Assembly: GCA_965204285.1 (NCBI GenBank)
Contig: CBDBEI010000008.1
Coordinates: 42,994 to 106,993 of the forward strand
DNA length: 64,000 nt
Source of the DNA: Candidatus Poribacteria bacterium
Lineage (GTDB): Bacteria > Poribacteria > WGA-4E > WGA-3G
Reading direction: 5' to 3'
Positions 40,130 to 50,698 of the stretch are shown here, piece after piece. Below the pieces are notes generated by a model. The model worked only from the letters and a program-made list of their open reading frames with translations. It was not told where the DNA came from and did no database searches. Both the position numbers and the translations under genes were made by a program. Position 1 is the first letter of the stretch, and the number at the start of each line of letters is the position of its first letter.

Positions 40130-40264
40130 CTACCTATGTGTGCGTATTTTATTAGCAACGCGTTTTAAGTCGCGTTCTGCTGCTTTGAGTTTACTCAAAG
40201 TTCTACGCAATTTGGCTTGTGCTTGAGCCCGTTTTAGACGGTATTGCGCTCTGCTGGTTGCCAT
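40130..40264 (-). CDS. Basic micro-protein (44 aa)
   Basis: GGAGG RBS; MATSRAQYRLKRAQAQAKLRRTLSKLKAAERDLKRVANKIRTHR; 16-bp inverted repeat upstream. Confidence 0.65.
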   Translation of the reverse strand: MATSRAQYRLKRAQAQAKLRRTLSKLKAAERDLKRVANKIRTHR

Positions 40265-40487
40265 TGTTGGTAACCTCCAGCATTTATAGCACTTTGGTTT
40301 TATAGCACTACCAAAGTGCTATAAACTACATTTTGTGGTTATGTTAATAATTGATTCATGAAAACTTTACACACAAAACTTTTCCGATCTCACTCGGTAT
40401 TAGTAGAGCCCGCGCCATGTGGCGCGGGTGAGATACTCTACCAAAGTTTCATGATGTTAATAGGATACTACATAGAGAAACAGGTTG

Positions 40488-41378
40488 TCAAGTCAAAATC
40501 ATGCTTTCATTTACGAATTTATGAAAAACCGATTCCATGTCTCTGTAGTTGTATTTATAGCATGCCTCTGCTACATAAAGCGGTGTATATGCTACCTTGT
40601 AGTGATGATGGCTTCCATACCATGCGCGCTTTAGCAGTGACCAGAATCCTTCAATCGTGTTTGTATGTGTATCACCTTCAGCATATTGTTCTTGATGGTT
40701 GATAATTTGATGTTTCATTTCCTTGCCGATTGTAGTATAGGCATGGAATTCATCTGTCATGAGTTCCGAGTCTTTGGTATTGACATAACGTTTTATGAAG
40801 TTGTAAATAACGCGCCCTGTCAATTCCGTTGCTACTTCTGCCACGACTTTTCCGCCACGTTCAACTGCACCGAGTATTGCTGTTTTCTCTGTGCCACGTC
40901 CGCGCTTTGCGGGTTCTCTGTCTTCCTTTTTGTTTGCCTTGCGAGGTTTACCCCCTATGTAAGTTTCGTCCGCTTCTACGATACCTTGTAGCAATGCACC
41001 GCCTTTACGTGCCATTTCAGCACGAATACATGTTTCCATACGCCATGCCGTTTTCTGATTCAGTTTCAGGTCACGCGCGAGTTGATGGGTGGATAGGCTT
41101 TTCTTTGCATTCAACATTAAACTGATTGCTAAAAACCATTTCTGCAAAGCAATCTTTGTGCCGTGAAATATCGTGCCATGTGTCACCTTAAAACTTGCCT
41201 TGCAATCAGAACAATGCCATCTGCCGACTCTGCCCGTGCCGGACTCCTTTTTCCTCACTATATCCACACTGCCACAGTGGGTGCAAGTGGGTTTATCGCT
41301 CCATCGGATTTTTTCAAGGTGAGAAATACATGTTTCTTGGTCAGGAAACTGTTCCATAACTGTCAATAAATCCATCAA
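40488..41378 (-). CDS. IS1595-family transposase
   Basis: Zn ribbon CTHC...CSDC; VEADETYIGG, MTDE, HTNTIEGFWSLLKR; TIRs not identified. Confidence 0.92.
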   Translation of the reverse strand: MMDLLTVMEQFPDQETCISHLEKIRWSDKPTCTHCGSVDIVRKKESGTGRVGRWHCSDCKASFKVTHGTIFHGTKIALQKWFLAISLMLNAKKSLSTHQLARDLKLNQKTAWRMETCIRAEMARKGGALLQGIVEADETYIGGKPRKANKKEDREPAKRGRGTEKTAILGAVERGGKVVAEVATELTGRVIYNFIKRYVNTKDSELMTDEFHAYTTIGKEMKHQIINHQEQYAEGDTHTNTIEGFWSLLKRAWYGSHHHYKVAYTPLYVAEACYKYNYRDMESVFHKFVNESMILT

Positions 41379-41906
41379 TCTAACTCCTTTGGGATTTTAT
41401 GAGTTGATTATTTCTGATGGATTATGCTATAGTATTGGCAAGGTTTGAAAATCAGAAATAGACAACTCGGATTTTCACTTGAATTGGGAGGTTGCAGCCT
41501 CCCAATTTCATTGCGATAATTATAGCATGTTTTTACCTAATTTGTCAATAAAAAAACGCTGATAAATGTAGTCTACGACTATGTTTATCAGCGTTTTTAA
41601 AAAGTAAATTTTCAATCGAACTTTAGTGATTCTGAATCCCATATCTACTTATTGCGAAAAAGTTAAGCCTCTTCGGAAATCTTATTGTGAACCGTAAACC
41701 GTTGCTTGCCTTATTGCGAAAGAACCTAAAGATGAAAATCTTTCTCAAGAATCACCGAGAGCCATTATCCACCACCAAAAACGACAAAGTAGACTGATTT
41801 GACAAGGAGACCCGATATGACCAGAAATTTCGCAAGATATACAGCAATCGGTGCTGTATTGATATTTGTCTATAACCCAATTATCAGTAGCAAAAGAGGT
41901 GCTGCC

Positions 41907-43232
41907 ATGAAAAGAAGAACATATCCTTATGTAGTTTTGCTTTTTTTGATGATTCTAACTTCACCTGCGTTAGCAGACAAAACACCGAACGAGTTTGAGA
42001 TTTTAGGTGCTTTTGAAAAAGCGATTGCGAAAATAGTAGATCAGAGTATGCCTGCGGTTGTCAGCGTTACCGTTATAAAAGCGGAAGATGAGGTGCATAA
42101 AGAGATGCACCCATCCGGTGCTGCGTCCGGTTTTATTTTTCATAAAGACGGTTATATCCTAACGAATGAACACGTGATAGAGGGTGCCAAAAGCGTCATC
42201 GTGGCGTTATTTGATGACAGCACATTTGAGGCAGACATAATAGGGGGTGATAAAATTTCGGATGTTGCGGTACTAAAGATTGAACGCCCAGCACCCTTTC
42301 CGTTTCTTCAACTAACTGATTCGGCACAGATGCGGGTCGGACAATTTACGATCGCTATTGGGCACCCTATGGGGTATAGAAATACGGTAACAACAGGGAT
42401 TGTCAGTGGCAAAGACCGTTGTTTTCACCCGCCAAATAACCTGTTTCAATATCATTATAATTACATCCAAACGAATGCGTGGATCAATCCCGGCAGTAGT
42501 GGTGGCCCCTTATTGAATATGCAAGGGAAGGTCATCGGTATCACAACCCTCAATCCGGGCGAAGGTGCTACTTTAGCTATTGAAAGTGATCTTGCGAATA
42601 CAATCGCACAGCAACTGATGAAGCATGGTAGAATTATCCGGGGGTATCTTGACGCACAGATGCGAGATGTCGGACAAGGTATTGAAGTTATGCAAGTAGC
42701 ACCCAACACAGATGCTGCGCAAAATGGTCTAAAACCTCACGACATTATCGTTGAATTCGAAGGCAAACGCGTGCCGAGACTTGTTGAGTTTGAAATGCGT
42801 CTAATAGAAAGTATGATAGGTCAGCAATATGTTCTTAAAATATTGCGTCAAACACAAGAAATTACAATCAATGTCCCATCTGTTGAGATGTCACTTGAAT
42901 TGCGTGGAGGCACAGTGAATACCGAGTCTGTTTCTTGGAAGACGCTTGGGTTAGCCGTGCGAAAGTTGGCACAGAACAATCATCAAAGATATGCTTATCT
43001 CACAGAACAGGACCGCGGCGTACTCGTTGAAAAAGTGAAGGAAGCCTCACCCGGCTCTAAAGCGGCTATTCCGCTTGGCGCGCTAATCGTCGGTGTCAAC
43101 GGACAAGAAATCACTGACGTTCAAACGTTTAATACGTTTCTTGAGAAGAATCAAGACAGATCCCACTTGATTCTTGATATTAAAAGTGTTCGGGGTATAG
43201 CAAGCGTGACACTCAAGTTGAAAGGTAGTTAG
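41907..43232 (+). CDS. HtrA/DegP-like serine protease with two PDZ domains
   Basis: Signal peptide; LTNEHV, SDVAVLKI, INPGSSGGPLLN; C-terminal PDZ-like regions. Confidence 0.92.
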   Translation: MKRRTYPYVVLLFLMILTSPALADKTPNEFEILGAFEKAIAKIVDQSMPAVVSVTVIKAEDEVHKEMHPSGAASGFIFHKDGYILTNEHVIEGAKSVIVALFDDSTFEADIIGGDKISDVAVLKIERPAPFPFLQLTDSAQMRVGQFTIAIGHPMGYRNTVTTGIVSGKDRCFHPPNNLFQYHYNYIQTNAWINPGSSGGPLLNMQGKVIGITTLNPGEGATLAIESDLANTIAQQLMKHGRIIRGYLDAQMRDVGQGIEVMQVAPNTDAAQNGLKPHDIIVEFEGKRVPRLVEFEMRLIESMIGQQYVLKILRQTQEITINVPSVEMSLELRGGTVNTESVSWKTLGLAVRKLAQNNHQRYAYLTEQDRGVLVEKVKEASPGSKAAIPLGALIVGVNGQEITDVQTFNTFLEKNQDRSHLILDIKSVRGIASVTLKLKGS

Positions 43233-43375
43233 TTCTGGTATGTCAAGTGTTGCGAAACATTTCTGGCTACGATCATAAGTAAACCAGATCTAAGGTATCC
43301 GACAAACAAATATGTGAACTTTGTTGGATACCACAACAAAAGGAAAATACCTATGAGATGTTTCAGTATTGTTTT

Positions 43376-44494
43376 ACGCAATTAGTAGTTTTGGACTTGA
43401 GAATTTTTTGGAAAAAGTCTAATAAACCCTTGTGTATACTGGGTTTGTATGGTATAATATAGATAAGAAGTTAGGGGGTTGCCGCCCCCTAATTAAACCT
43501 AAAAAAGCGAGTTGCTTTTTGACGGTTCAACCTTATCTGATATTGTATCAGAAATCTGTCAGAAAAAGCAACTCCTATTCAGAGGAATATGCTGATGGAC
43601 TTAATCAAGGTTATGGAATGATTGGAAAGGTAAACTGGGATGTCCCTACTGTGAAAACAGTCATGTGGGTAAGCGAACAGAAACGAAGGAAGGACGCCTC
43701 GGACGCTGGAATTGCCACGATTGCCACGCCACTTTCAAGGTCACTTGTGAGACGGTATTTCACGGCACAAAAGTCGCGTTACAGAAATGGTTTTTGGCGA
43801 TCTCGCTGATTGCGAATGCGAAAAAGAGTTTGTCCAGCTGTCAACTGGCGCGCGACTTAGATTTGAACCAAAAGACAGCATGGTTCATAATGGCTCGTAT
43901 TCGCGCGGAGATGGCAAAGAAAGGAGGCGCACTACTTGAAGGTATCATAGAAGCAGATGAGACCTACATTGGCGGTAAACCCCGTAAACCGAACAAGTGT
44001 GAGGATGACGAACCGAGTAAACGCGGTCGTGGCACAGAGAAAACTGCGATTATCGGTGCAATCCAAAGAGGCGGTAAGGTTGTCGCACAAGTCGCTGAAC
44101 AACTGACAGGACGTAGTATACTCAAGTTTATTCGCCGTGTCGCAAACCTAAAGGAAGCTGAACTGATAACAGACGAATATCAAGCTTACAAACTCATCGG
44201 CAAGGAAATGAAGCACACAGTTATCAATCACAATGAACAGTTTGCTGATGGGGATACCCATACAAATACCATTGAAGGATTTTGGTCTTTATTGAAGCGT
44301 GCGTGGTTCGGTTCACATCACCATTATGAAACAGGATACACACCGCTTTACGTTGCTGAAGCCTGCTACAAGTATAACTATAGAAATATAGACATCTTCT
44401 CAAAGTTTATCAATGAAAGCATGTTAGTTCACTGACGCAAATGGAACGCTTGAAAAAAACTGAAAAAATCCAAGTCCAAAACTACTAATTGCGT
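43376..44494 (+). mobile_element. IS1595-family insertion sequence
   Basis: Perfect 24-bp TIRs acgcaattagtagttttggacttg / caagtccaaaactactaattgcgt. Confidence 0.9.
43596..44435 (+). pseudogene. IS1595-family transposase with 5' deletion/frameshift
   Basis: MDLIKVME, then frame change to WKGKLGCPYC; remainder homologous to 40488..41378. Confidence 0.8.
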
Positions 44495-44539
44495 TTAAAA
44501 AAAGGAATTGTATAGTTAAATAAAAAAGGAGGTAACCAG

Positions 44540-45043
44540 TTGAACCTACGACGTGTTTCGACAACCAATTTTTTATGCGTGCTGATGCCGATTTTCATGT
44601 GCGGGTGCACAATATTAACATTAGAACGTGCATATAAACCGCCGAACCTACCAATATCTGAACTTGCGACAATCCAGATCGATACACAAGGGAAATGGGT
44701 TCAACATGCGAGTTTAATCGTCTTTCGTGTCAATGGCAAAGTCGCATTACGGCATGAAATAAAGGGGAACACTGGTATCTCTGTTCCTGATACTTTGGTC
44801 GCATCCGGCAACCATGATATGTCTGTTCATATTCTCATAAAAAACTATTCACAAGGCAGAGAGACACATCATAAGATTGTATCAAAGTTTACCGCTAAAT
44901 TAAAAACTGGCGGCACCTATCTACTGCGGGGAAAAGTTGAACCAGATGTAAGCAATGAGTATTCTTATACAATGACCGACACGTTTGACCTCATTGATAC
45001 AGCGACAAATAGAAGGGTCAGCATTTCTAAATTATTATGGTAG
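44540..45043 (+). CDS. Hypothetical lipoprotein
   Basis: AGGAGG RBS, TTG start, hydrophobic stretch ending MCGC. Confidence 0.7.
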   Translation: MNLRRVSTTNFLCVLMPIFMCGCTILTLERAYKPPNLPISELATIQIDTQGKWVQHASLIVFRVNGKVALRHEIKGNTGISVPDTLVASGNHDMSVHILIKNYSQGRETHHKIVSKFTAKLKTGGTYLLRGKVEPDVSNEYSYTMTDTFDLIDTATNRRVSISKLLW

Positions 45044-45090
45044 GATGGGAAATATTCAGCAGAGTAAACACGAGACCCGCAATCTGTAAA

Positions 45091-45345
45091 GGAGACAAAC
45101 CAGGTCAAGGTAGACCTAAAATGTATCTGTTCGCCTGTGATGCGTCTACGTTCTGCCATGAGTTGTGAGAAGGTGAAGAGTTTGAATCGTTTCTCATTTG
45201 CGTGGTAACCTTCTTCGTGGAGGAAATCGGCATATTCCGGGTTGGATTCAGCGAGGAATCGGTAAATTGCGTCGACGAGGAGGTGGTTGTAGTTGATAGG
45301 AAGAGTAATACCTTTGCCAACGTCTGCAAGGATTTGGATGCGCAT
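45091..45345 (-). pseudogene. cas6: Cas6 endoribonuclease, N-terminal fragment
   Basis: LPINYNH...AIYRFL...NPEYADFLHEEGY...KRFKLFTFSQL; homology ends after ~85 aa; no Gly-rich C-terminal loop. Confidence 0.75.
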
Positions 45346-45440
45346 GATGGTGTTTCGTTCCAAAATGGTGCGATTAGAAGATTATTCAAACCAACATCTG
45401 CATTCTACTATATTTTACAATTTATGTCAACGGCTACAAC

Positions 45441-45598
45441 TTACATGTAAGCGCATCTGACAAACAATCACAACTCACATGTAAGCAATGCCTATATGTC
45501 AACATTCCTTACATGTAACCAACCCTTACATATAAGCGTTTCTTACATACAAACATATCTTTCATGTAAGCAGTGTTTACATGGCAACATGTAAACAT
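45441..45598. repeat. Cluster of (c)ttACATGTaa(g) palindromes upstream of parA (parC-like)
   Basis: Several exact or degenerate ttacatgtaa copies; motif recurs at ~47095-47131 and 58348-58497. Confidence 0.7.
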
Positions 45599-45608
45599 GG
45601 AGATACAA

Positions 45609-46229
45609 ATGAAAACGGTTGCTATCTTGTCTCGGAAAGGTGGAACAGGTAAAACTACCATCGCGACCAATCTCGCAATCGCTGCGGAAAAGGCAGGGCA
45701 CACAACTGCGTTAATTGACCTCGACCCGCAGGTAAGTGCTGCAAAGTGGGGAGATAATCGAAACGGAGATACCCCCGCGGTGATCTCTACGCACTCGGAG
45801 CGATTACCCAAAATACTGCAACTCGCAGCAGACAACGGTGCGACGTTCGCAATCTTGGACACCGCCCCACACACTGAAGCCTCTGCTTTGGATGCAGCGC
45901 GTGCTGCTGAAATGGTGGTCATCCCGTGTAAGCCGGCACTTATAGATTTACAGGCAATAGGCTCAACAATAGATGTTATCCGTTTGGCGAAAACACCAGC
46001 ACGAATAGTATTCAACAGTGTGCCTCCGCGTGGCGATCTAACAGCACAGGCAAGAGAAGCAGTTGGTATTTACGATGTGCCGTGTGCACCGTGTGAACTT
46101 GGACATCGGATCGCTTATGTGCATGCATACAACGCGGGGCTTGCGGCACAGGAGTTTGAACCAAGCGGAAAAGCATCACATGAGGTGCAAGCATTATACG
46201 CATACTTGGCAAGTGAAATGGATATATAG
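45609..46229 (+). CDS. parA: ParA-family ATPase (short plasmid type Ib)
   Basis: MKTVAILSRKGGTGKTT, IDLDPQ, ILDTAP. Confidence 0.92.
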   Translation: MKTVAILSRKGGTGKTTIATNLAIAAEKAGHTTALIDLDPQVSAAKWGDNRNGDTPAVISTHSERLPKILQLAADNGATFAILDTAPHTEASALDAARAAEMVVIPCKPALIDLQAIGSTIDVIRLAKTPARIVFNSVPPRGDLTAQAREAVGIYDVPCAPCELGHRIAYVHAYNAGLAAQEFEPSGKASHEVQALYAYLASEMDI

Positions 46230-46238
46230 GAGGCAATT

Positions 46239-46514
46239 ATGTCAGGAAACAAAAAAGTGAATCTCGCAAAGGTTTTTAAGGAAAATGAAGAACATGAGGA
46301 AACAAGCACAAGCGAAGCCGCCGAGTCAACATCTGTCAATGAGAAGATCGCGCCATCTCGCCGCGGCAAGAAAAATATCTCTGGATATTTTGCGCCAGAG
46401 GTGCATCGGCAGTTGCGAGTGATCGCTGCGGAGGAAGATAAAAACCTTCAAGAGGTATTAGGAGATGCCTTGAACACCTTTTTTGAGCGTAAAGGTAAAC
46501 CGCCAATCGCTTAA
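46239..46514 (+). CDS. Ribbon-helix-helix partition protein (ParG-like)
   Basis: Follows parA; SRRGKKNISGYFAPEVHRQLRVIAAEEDKNLQEVLGDALN. Confidence 0.75.
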   Translation: MSGNKKVNLAKVFKENEEHEETSTSEAAESTSVNEKIAPSRRGKKNISGYFAPEVHRQLRVIAAEEDKNLQEVLGDALNTFFERKGKPPIA

Positions 46515-46542
46515 AAGGATGTCTATTGTGTACTGTGTCTGT

Positions 46543-46698
46543 TCAGAATGTGCATGAACTCTTCTGGGAATCTGTCGTGTAAAGATAAACACTTTCCTGA
46601 CATCGAGACACCATATCAGCTGCCAACCCTTCGGTTAGGAACGCACTCACAGCAACAACACTATCAAGGACAATGCGCAGTTTTCTTTTGTTTGTCAT
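46543..46698 (-). pseudogene. Truncated PIN-domain toxin
   Basis: LRIVLDSVVAVSAFL start typical of PIN proteins; only ~51 codons; overlaps the AbrB gene. Confidence 0.6.
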
Positions 46699-46966
46699 AG
46701 TCTTCCTGTCGAAGCTCTGCAACTGCGCGTTGGACATCTTGATAAACTTCTTCTTCGCTGATACCTCTATTTTGCTCGTGGACACTACTCATTACTTTTA
46801 GAAGTCCCTTCCAGTCCTCCGGTGTTGTCAACCGCCTCGGAGTTATAACTACACACTCACCTACAAGCTGCGTTTCCATGACATCACCTTTCTTAAGACC
46901 TAAACTATCTCGGATTTCTTTAGGTATGGTTATCTGTCCATGATCGAGAATCTTAGCAGATGCCAT
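46664..46966 (-). CDS. AbrB/MazE/SpoVT-family antitoxin
   Basis: GQITIPKEIRDSLGLKKGD. Confidence 0.88.
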   Translation of the reverse strand: MASAKILDHGQITIPKEIRDSLGLKKGDVMETQLVGECVVITPRRLTTPEDWKGLLKVMSSVHEQNRGISEEEVYQDVQRAVAELRQEDYDKQKKTAHCP

Positions 46967-47253
46967 TTGTCTACTCCTTTTTCGGCTGCTATTTTACTTC
47001 TGGTGTCTGTTACAAAGTATACATTATTTTGTGGGTAGTGTCAAGGAGTTTTAGCAACATCCCAGAGGTATCTGTTTCATCTCTTACCTAAATGCTTACA
47101 TGTAATTAATGCTTTCATACTTACATGTAATTAATTTTTATATGTCATCAGTGTTTACTTATAAGCACTGATGACATGCGAGAATGGTATTTGATTTTTT
47201 GGCTAATTGTGATACACTAAATCCCATATTTTACCACAAACAGAGGCTTTGAC

Positions 47254-50200
47254 GTGTCAGATAACAATCCATCCCTAAAGTCCGGTATCCGAGACAACCT
47301 ACTTCGCGCCACAGTCCACGAGTTTTTAGAACAGGAAATCCAGGACGGTTCTGCACTCTCCATCGTATCCGCTTATTTCACCATTTATGCTTACGAAAAG
47401 ATGCAACACCACTTGCAGAAAATAAAGGGACTCCGCTTTCTTTTTGGCGACCCCGATTTTGTCAAACGGATGGACCCAAATAATAGAGACAAAAAAGCGT
47501 TTGACATAACAGATACAGGCTTAGCACTCAATCAGCAACTCCGCCAGAAACCGATTGCCAGAGCTTGTGCCGAATGGATAAAAAAGAAGGTAGAAATCCG
47601 TACGACACGCGAATCAAAACTGATACACGGGAAAATGTATCATATCAACAATAACGGTGTTGACAAAGCCATCTTGGGTAGCTCCAACTTTACCGTGCGT
47701 GGTCTCGGACTCAGTTCAAATAGCAGTAACATTGAACTCAACTTGGAGGTAGATAGCGATCGTGACCGCACAGACCTCAAGGCGTGGTTCGATGAACTCT
47801 GGAATAACGATGAGTTGGTTGAAGATGTAAAAGACAAAGTGCTGGCAAAATTGAAACAGATAGGGCAAGATCACCCACCAGAACTCATCTATTACAAAAC
47901 CTTATACGAACTTTTCCGTGAAGAGATTGAGACCCGACAAACAAATGAACAAACCCTTGAAGATGTCCATCTGTATGATATGAAAATTTGGGAGAAGCTG
48001 TATGACTTCCAAAAAGATGGTGCGAAAAGTGTTATTGCTCGGTTATTACGGCACAACGGGTGCATCCTGGCTGATAGTGTCGGTTTAGGAAAAACATACA
48101 CTGCACTGGCAGTTATCAAGTTCTTTGAACTGCGGAACGAACGCGTACTTGTCCTCTGTCCGAAAAAACTGCGCGAGAATTGGGCACTCTATCCAGCGTA
48201 CAACGCACAAGCCTCCAACGAATTTCTTGATGATAAATTTACTTACACCGTCCTATCCCATACAGACCTGTCGCGATACACCGGAGAATCCGGTAGCGTG
48301 AACTTGGATAATTTCAATTGGAGTAGTTTTGATCTCATCGTCATTGATGAATCACACAACTTCCGCAACGACAGCAAACCGCGTCAGGATAAAGATGGTA
48401 ATTTCCGACATACCCGCTACTCCCGACTATTGGAAGAAGTCATCAAGGAAGGCACAAAAACCAAAGTGCTAATGCTTTCCGCTACACCGGTGAATACTTC
48501 ACTCACCGACCTCCGCAACCAGATATATCTGATGACTGAAAAACGCGAGGATGTTTTTAGAAATACTTTAGGAATCAGTAATATCCGTAACCTAATACAA
48601 CAAACACAGAAAGCGTTCAAAACGTGGGAAGAAGAAGGGACAAGAAATAAAACAGAATTATTCAAAACATTAGGTGCAGACTTTTTCCAACTCCTCGGTG
48701 GCGTGTCTATTGCGCGTTCTCGTAAACTTATCAAAAAATACTATGCCGAAGAGATAGAAAAAATCGGTAACTTTCCCAAACCCCAAAGACCGACAAATCG
48801 CCATCCACGTACCGACTTGTCAGGTGAACTCTCATATCAGGCATTGGCAGACCAGATCGGTGAATTTGAATTAAGCATCTATAGACCTTCCAGTTATGTT
48901 GTGAGTGAAACAGCAAAACAACGGTTGGCAGATGAGAAAGAGCAACTCCGTTTTAATCAGGAGGATAGAGAGAAATTCCTCATCGGAATGATGCAGACCA
49001 ACTTCCTCAAACGTCTGGAAAGTTCTGCGCACTCACTCTCCGAAACCCTTGCGCGCACCATCACCAAACATGATGATATGTTAAAGAAAATAGAACGTTT
49101 TGAGCAGAGCAAAGATATACCCGACGCACAAGCAGATGTCCTTCCCGATGACGATGAAGACGATGAGGAGTTTTTGATCAATCGTGCCAGAAATCCGTAT
49201 CACCTAAAGGAATTGGATTGCACCCGTTGGAAACAGGACATTCTCAAGGATAAAGCGACCTTAACGGCGGCGTGGGATAAAGTCAAATCCATCACACCCA
49301 AAAGAGATGGAAAATTGAAAGAGATTAAAGCAGATATTCGGAATAAATTGCGAAATCCGAGGAAAGACAAGGAAGGGAACATAAATCGTAAGTTACTCAT
49401 TTTCACTACCTTCAAAGACACTGCAGAATATCTGTATGAAAACTTATCTGAACTTGCCTCGGAGTTGGGACTTGAGATGGCAATGGTTTCGGGCGACAGG
49501 ACACGGACAACCTGCGGTCAAAACAACTTTAACGCTATTCTCACAAACTTCGCACCGTGGGGCAGGTTGCGCAAGGAAAACACAGACGACAACATTGATC
49601 TCCTCATCGCTACGGACTGCGTTTCTGAAGGGCAAAACCTTCAGGATTGCGATACTGTGATCAATTATGATATACATTGGAATCCTGTGCGTATCATTCA
49701 ACGGTTCGGACGTATTGATCGCATCGGCACTCGTAACACAGAGATAAAGATGATTAACTACTGGCCCACCGAAGATATGGAGGTGTATTTGCGGCTACGA
49801 AATCGTGTTGAATCCCGTATGGCACTTGCTGATGCAACCGCCAGCGGTGATGATGACCCATTGAACGAATTGACTTATGAACAGGCACAGATGGAACTCA
49901 ATTTCCGTGATAAGCAGCTGGCGCAGCTCCGTAAAGATGTCCTTGATTTAGATGACCTCTCTGATGGTGTGGTGTTGAGCGATTTTACGTTGGATTATTT
50001 CTTTGCGCAGCTGCTGAAATATCTCGAAAGAAATAGGGCGAAACTTGAGGCAACGCCCGAAGGTGCTTACGCTGTTACGAACAACGAAAGTAATCCTACT
50101 GAAAAAGGTGTTATCTTTTTTTTACGTTTAGAAAATGCCAGCGAAAACAGACAGGAGAAAACCGCCAGTCCCATCCATCCCTACTATGCAGTTTATATCC

Positions 50201-50520
50201 GAAACAGCGGCGATATTCGTTACGGGTGTATCAATGCAAAGCAGGTGTTGGATCTGTTTGAGGCATCTGCTGTTGGCAAGGAGGACGCGATAGATGATTT
50301 GTGTTTGTGGTTTGACCAGGAGACGGAATACGGTGATAACATGGAGCACTACAATAAGCTTTTGGATGCGGTTATTGCACATATCACACGGTCGCATACG
50401 AGGACACAGACGCAAAGTATCAGAAGCGGTAGTCCACGCGACACCAAACTTACCCCAGCATCTAAAGCTCCGAAAGACAGTGGTGATTTCAAATTGGTGA
50501 CGTGGTTGGTGATTGCGTGA
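47254..50520 (+). CDS. PLD-nuclease-domain SNF2-like helicase
   Basis: HGKMY...GSSNFT...NIELN; LADSVGLGKT, DESHNFRN, LSATPVN, SEGQNLQD, QRFGRIDRIG. Confidence 0.92.
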   Translation: MSDNNPSLKSGIRDNLLRATVHEFLEQEIQDGSALSIVSAYFTIYAYEKMQHHLQKIKGLRFLFGDPDFVKRMDPNNRDKKAFDITDTGLALNQQLRQKPIARACAEWIKKKVEIRTTRESKLIHGKMYHINNNGVDKAILGSSNFTVRGLGLSSNSSNIELNLEVDSDRDRTDLKAWFDELWNNDELVEDVKDKVLAKLKQIGQDHPPELIYYKTLYELFREEIETRQTNEQTLEDVHLYDMKIWEKLYDFQKDGAKSVIARLLRHNGCILADSVGLGKTYTALAVIKFFELRNERVLVLCPKKLRENWALYPAYNAQASNEFLDDKFTYTVLSHTDLSRYTGESGSVNLDNFNWSSFDLIVIDESHNFRNDSKPRQDKDGNFRHTRYSRLLEEVIKEGTKTKVLMLSATPVNTSLTDLRNQIYLMTEKREDVFRNTLGISNIRNLIQQTQKAFKTWEEEGTRNKTELFKTLGADFFQLLGGVSIARSRKLIKKYYAEEIEKIGNFPKPQRPTNRHPRTDLSGELSYQALADQIGEFELSIYRPSSYVVSETAKQRLADEKEQLRFNQEDREKFLIGMMQTNFLKRLESSAHSLSETLARTITKHDDMLKKIERFEQSKDIPDAQADVLPDDDEDDEEFLINRARNPYHLKELDCTRWKQDILKDKATLTAAWDKVKSITPKRDGKLKEIKADIRNKLRNPRKDKEGNINRKLLIFTTFKDTAEYLYENLSELASELGLEMAMVSGDRTRTTCGQNNFNAILTNFAPWGRLRKENTDDNIDLLIATDCVSEGQNLQDCDTVINYDIHWNPVRIIQRFGRIDRIGTRNTEIKMINYWPTEDMEVYLRLRNRVESRMALADATASGDDDPLNELTYEQAQMELNFRDKQLAQLRKDVLDLDDLSDGVVLSDFTLDYFFAQLLKYLERNRAKLEATPEGAYAVTNNESNPTEKGVIFFLRLENASENRQEKTASPIHPYYAVYIRNSGDIRYGCINAKQVLDLFEASAVGKEDAIDDLCLWFDQETEYGDNMEHYNKLLDAVIAHITRSHTRTQTQSIRSGSPRDTKLTPASKAPKDSGDFKLVTWLVIA

Positions 50521-50533
50521 ATCCCTCTTATTT

Positions 50534-50675
50534 GTAGGAGGGAACTCCGGGGAATGCCAAACGCGCATTCATACCGTTGATTTGGATTCCCGACTATCAA
50601 AGTATTTAGTCGAGATTCGGAGATCGCTCCTACCAGATGATGGTGTATAGGTCGCGATTCGGAGATCGCTCCTAC
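50534..50675. repeat. GTAG-type REP cluster
   Basis: gtaggagggaactcc and two gattcggagatcgctcctac copies; the same arms occur at 7218..7275. Confidence 0.7.
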
Positions 50676-50698
50676 CGGTTTTCAAAGGAATACAATAT

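Noticed and set aside
41552-41598. Palindrome as the terminal repeat of the first IS1595 element
   Set aside because: No matching end was found on the other side of the transposase, so the element boundaries are left undefined
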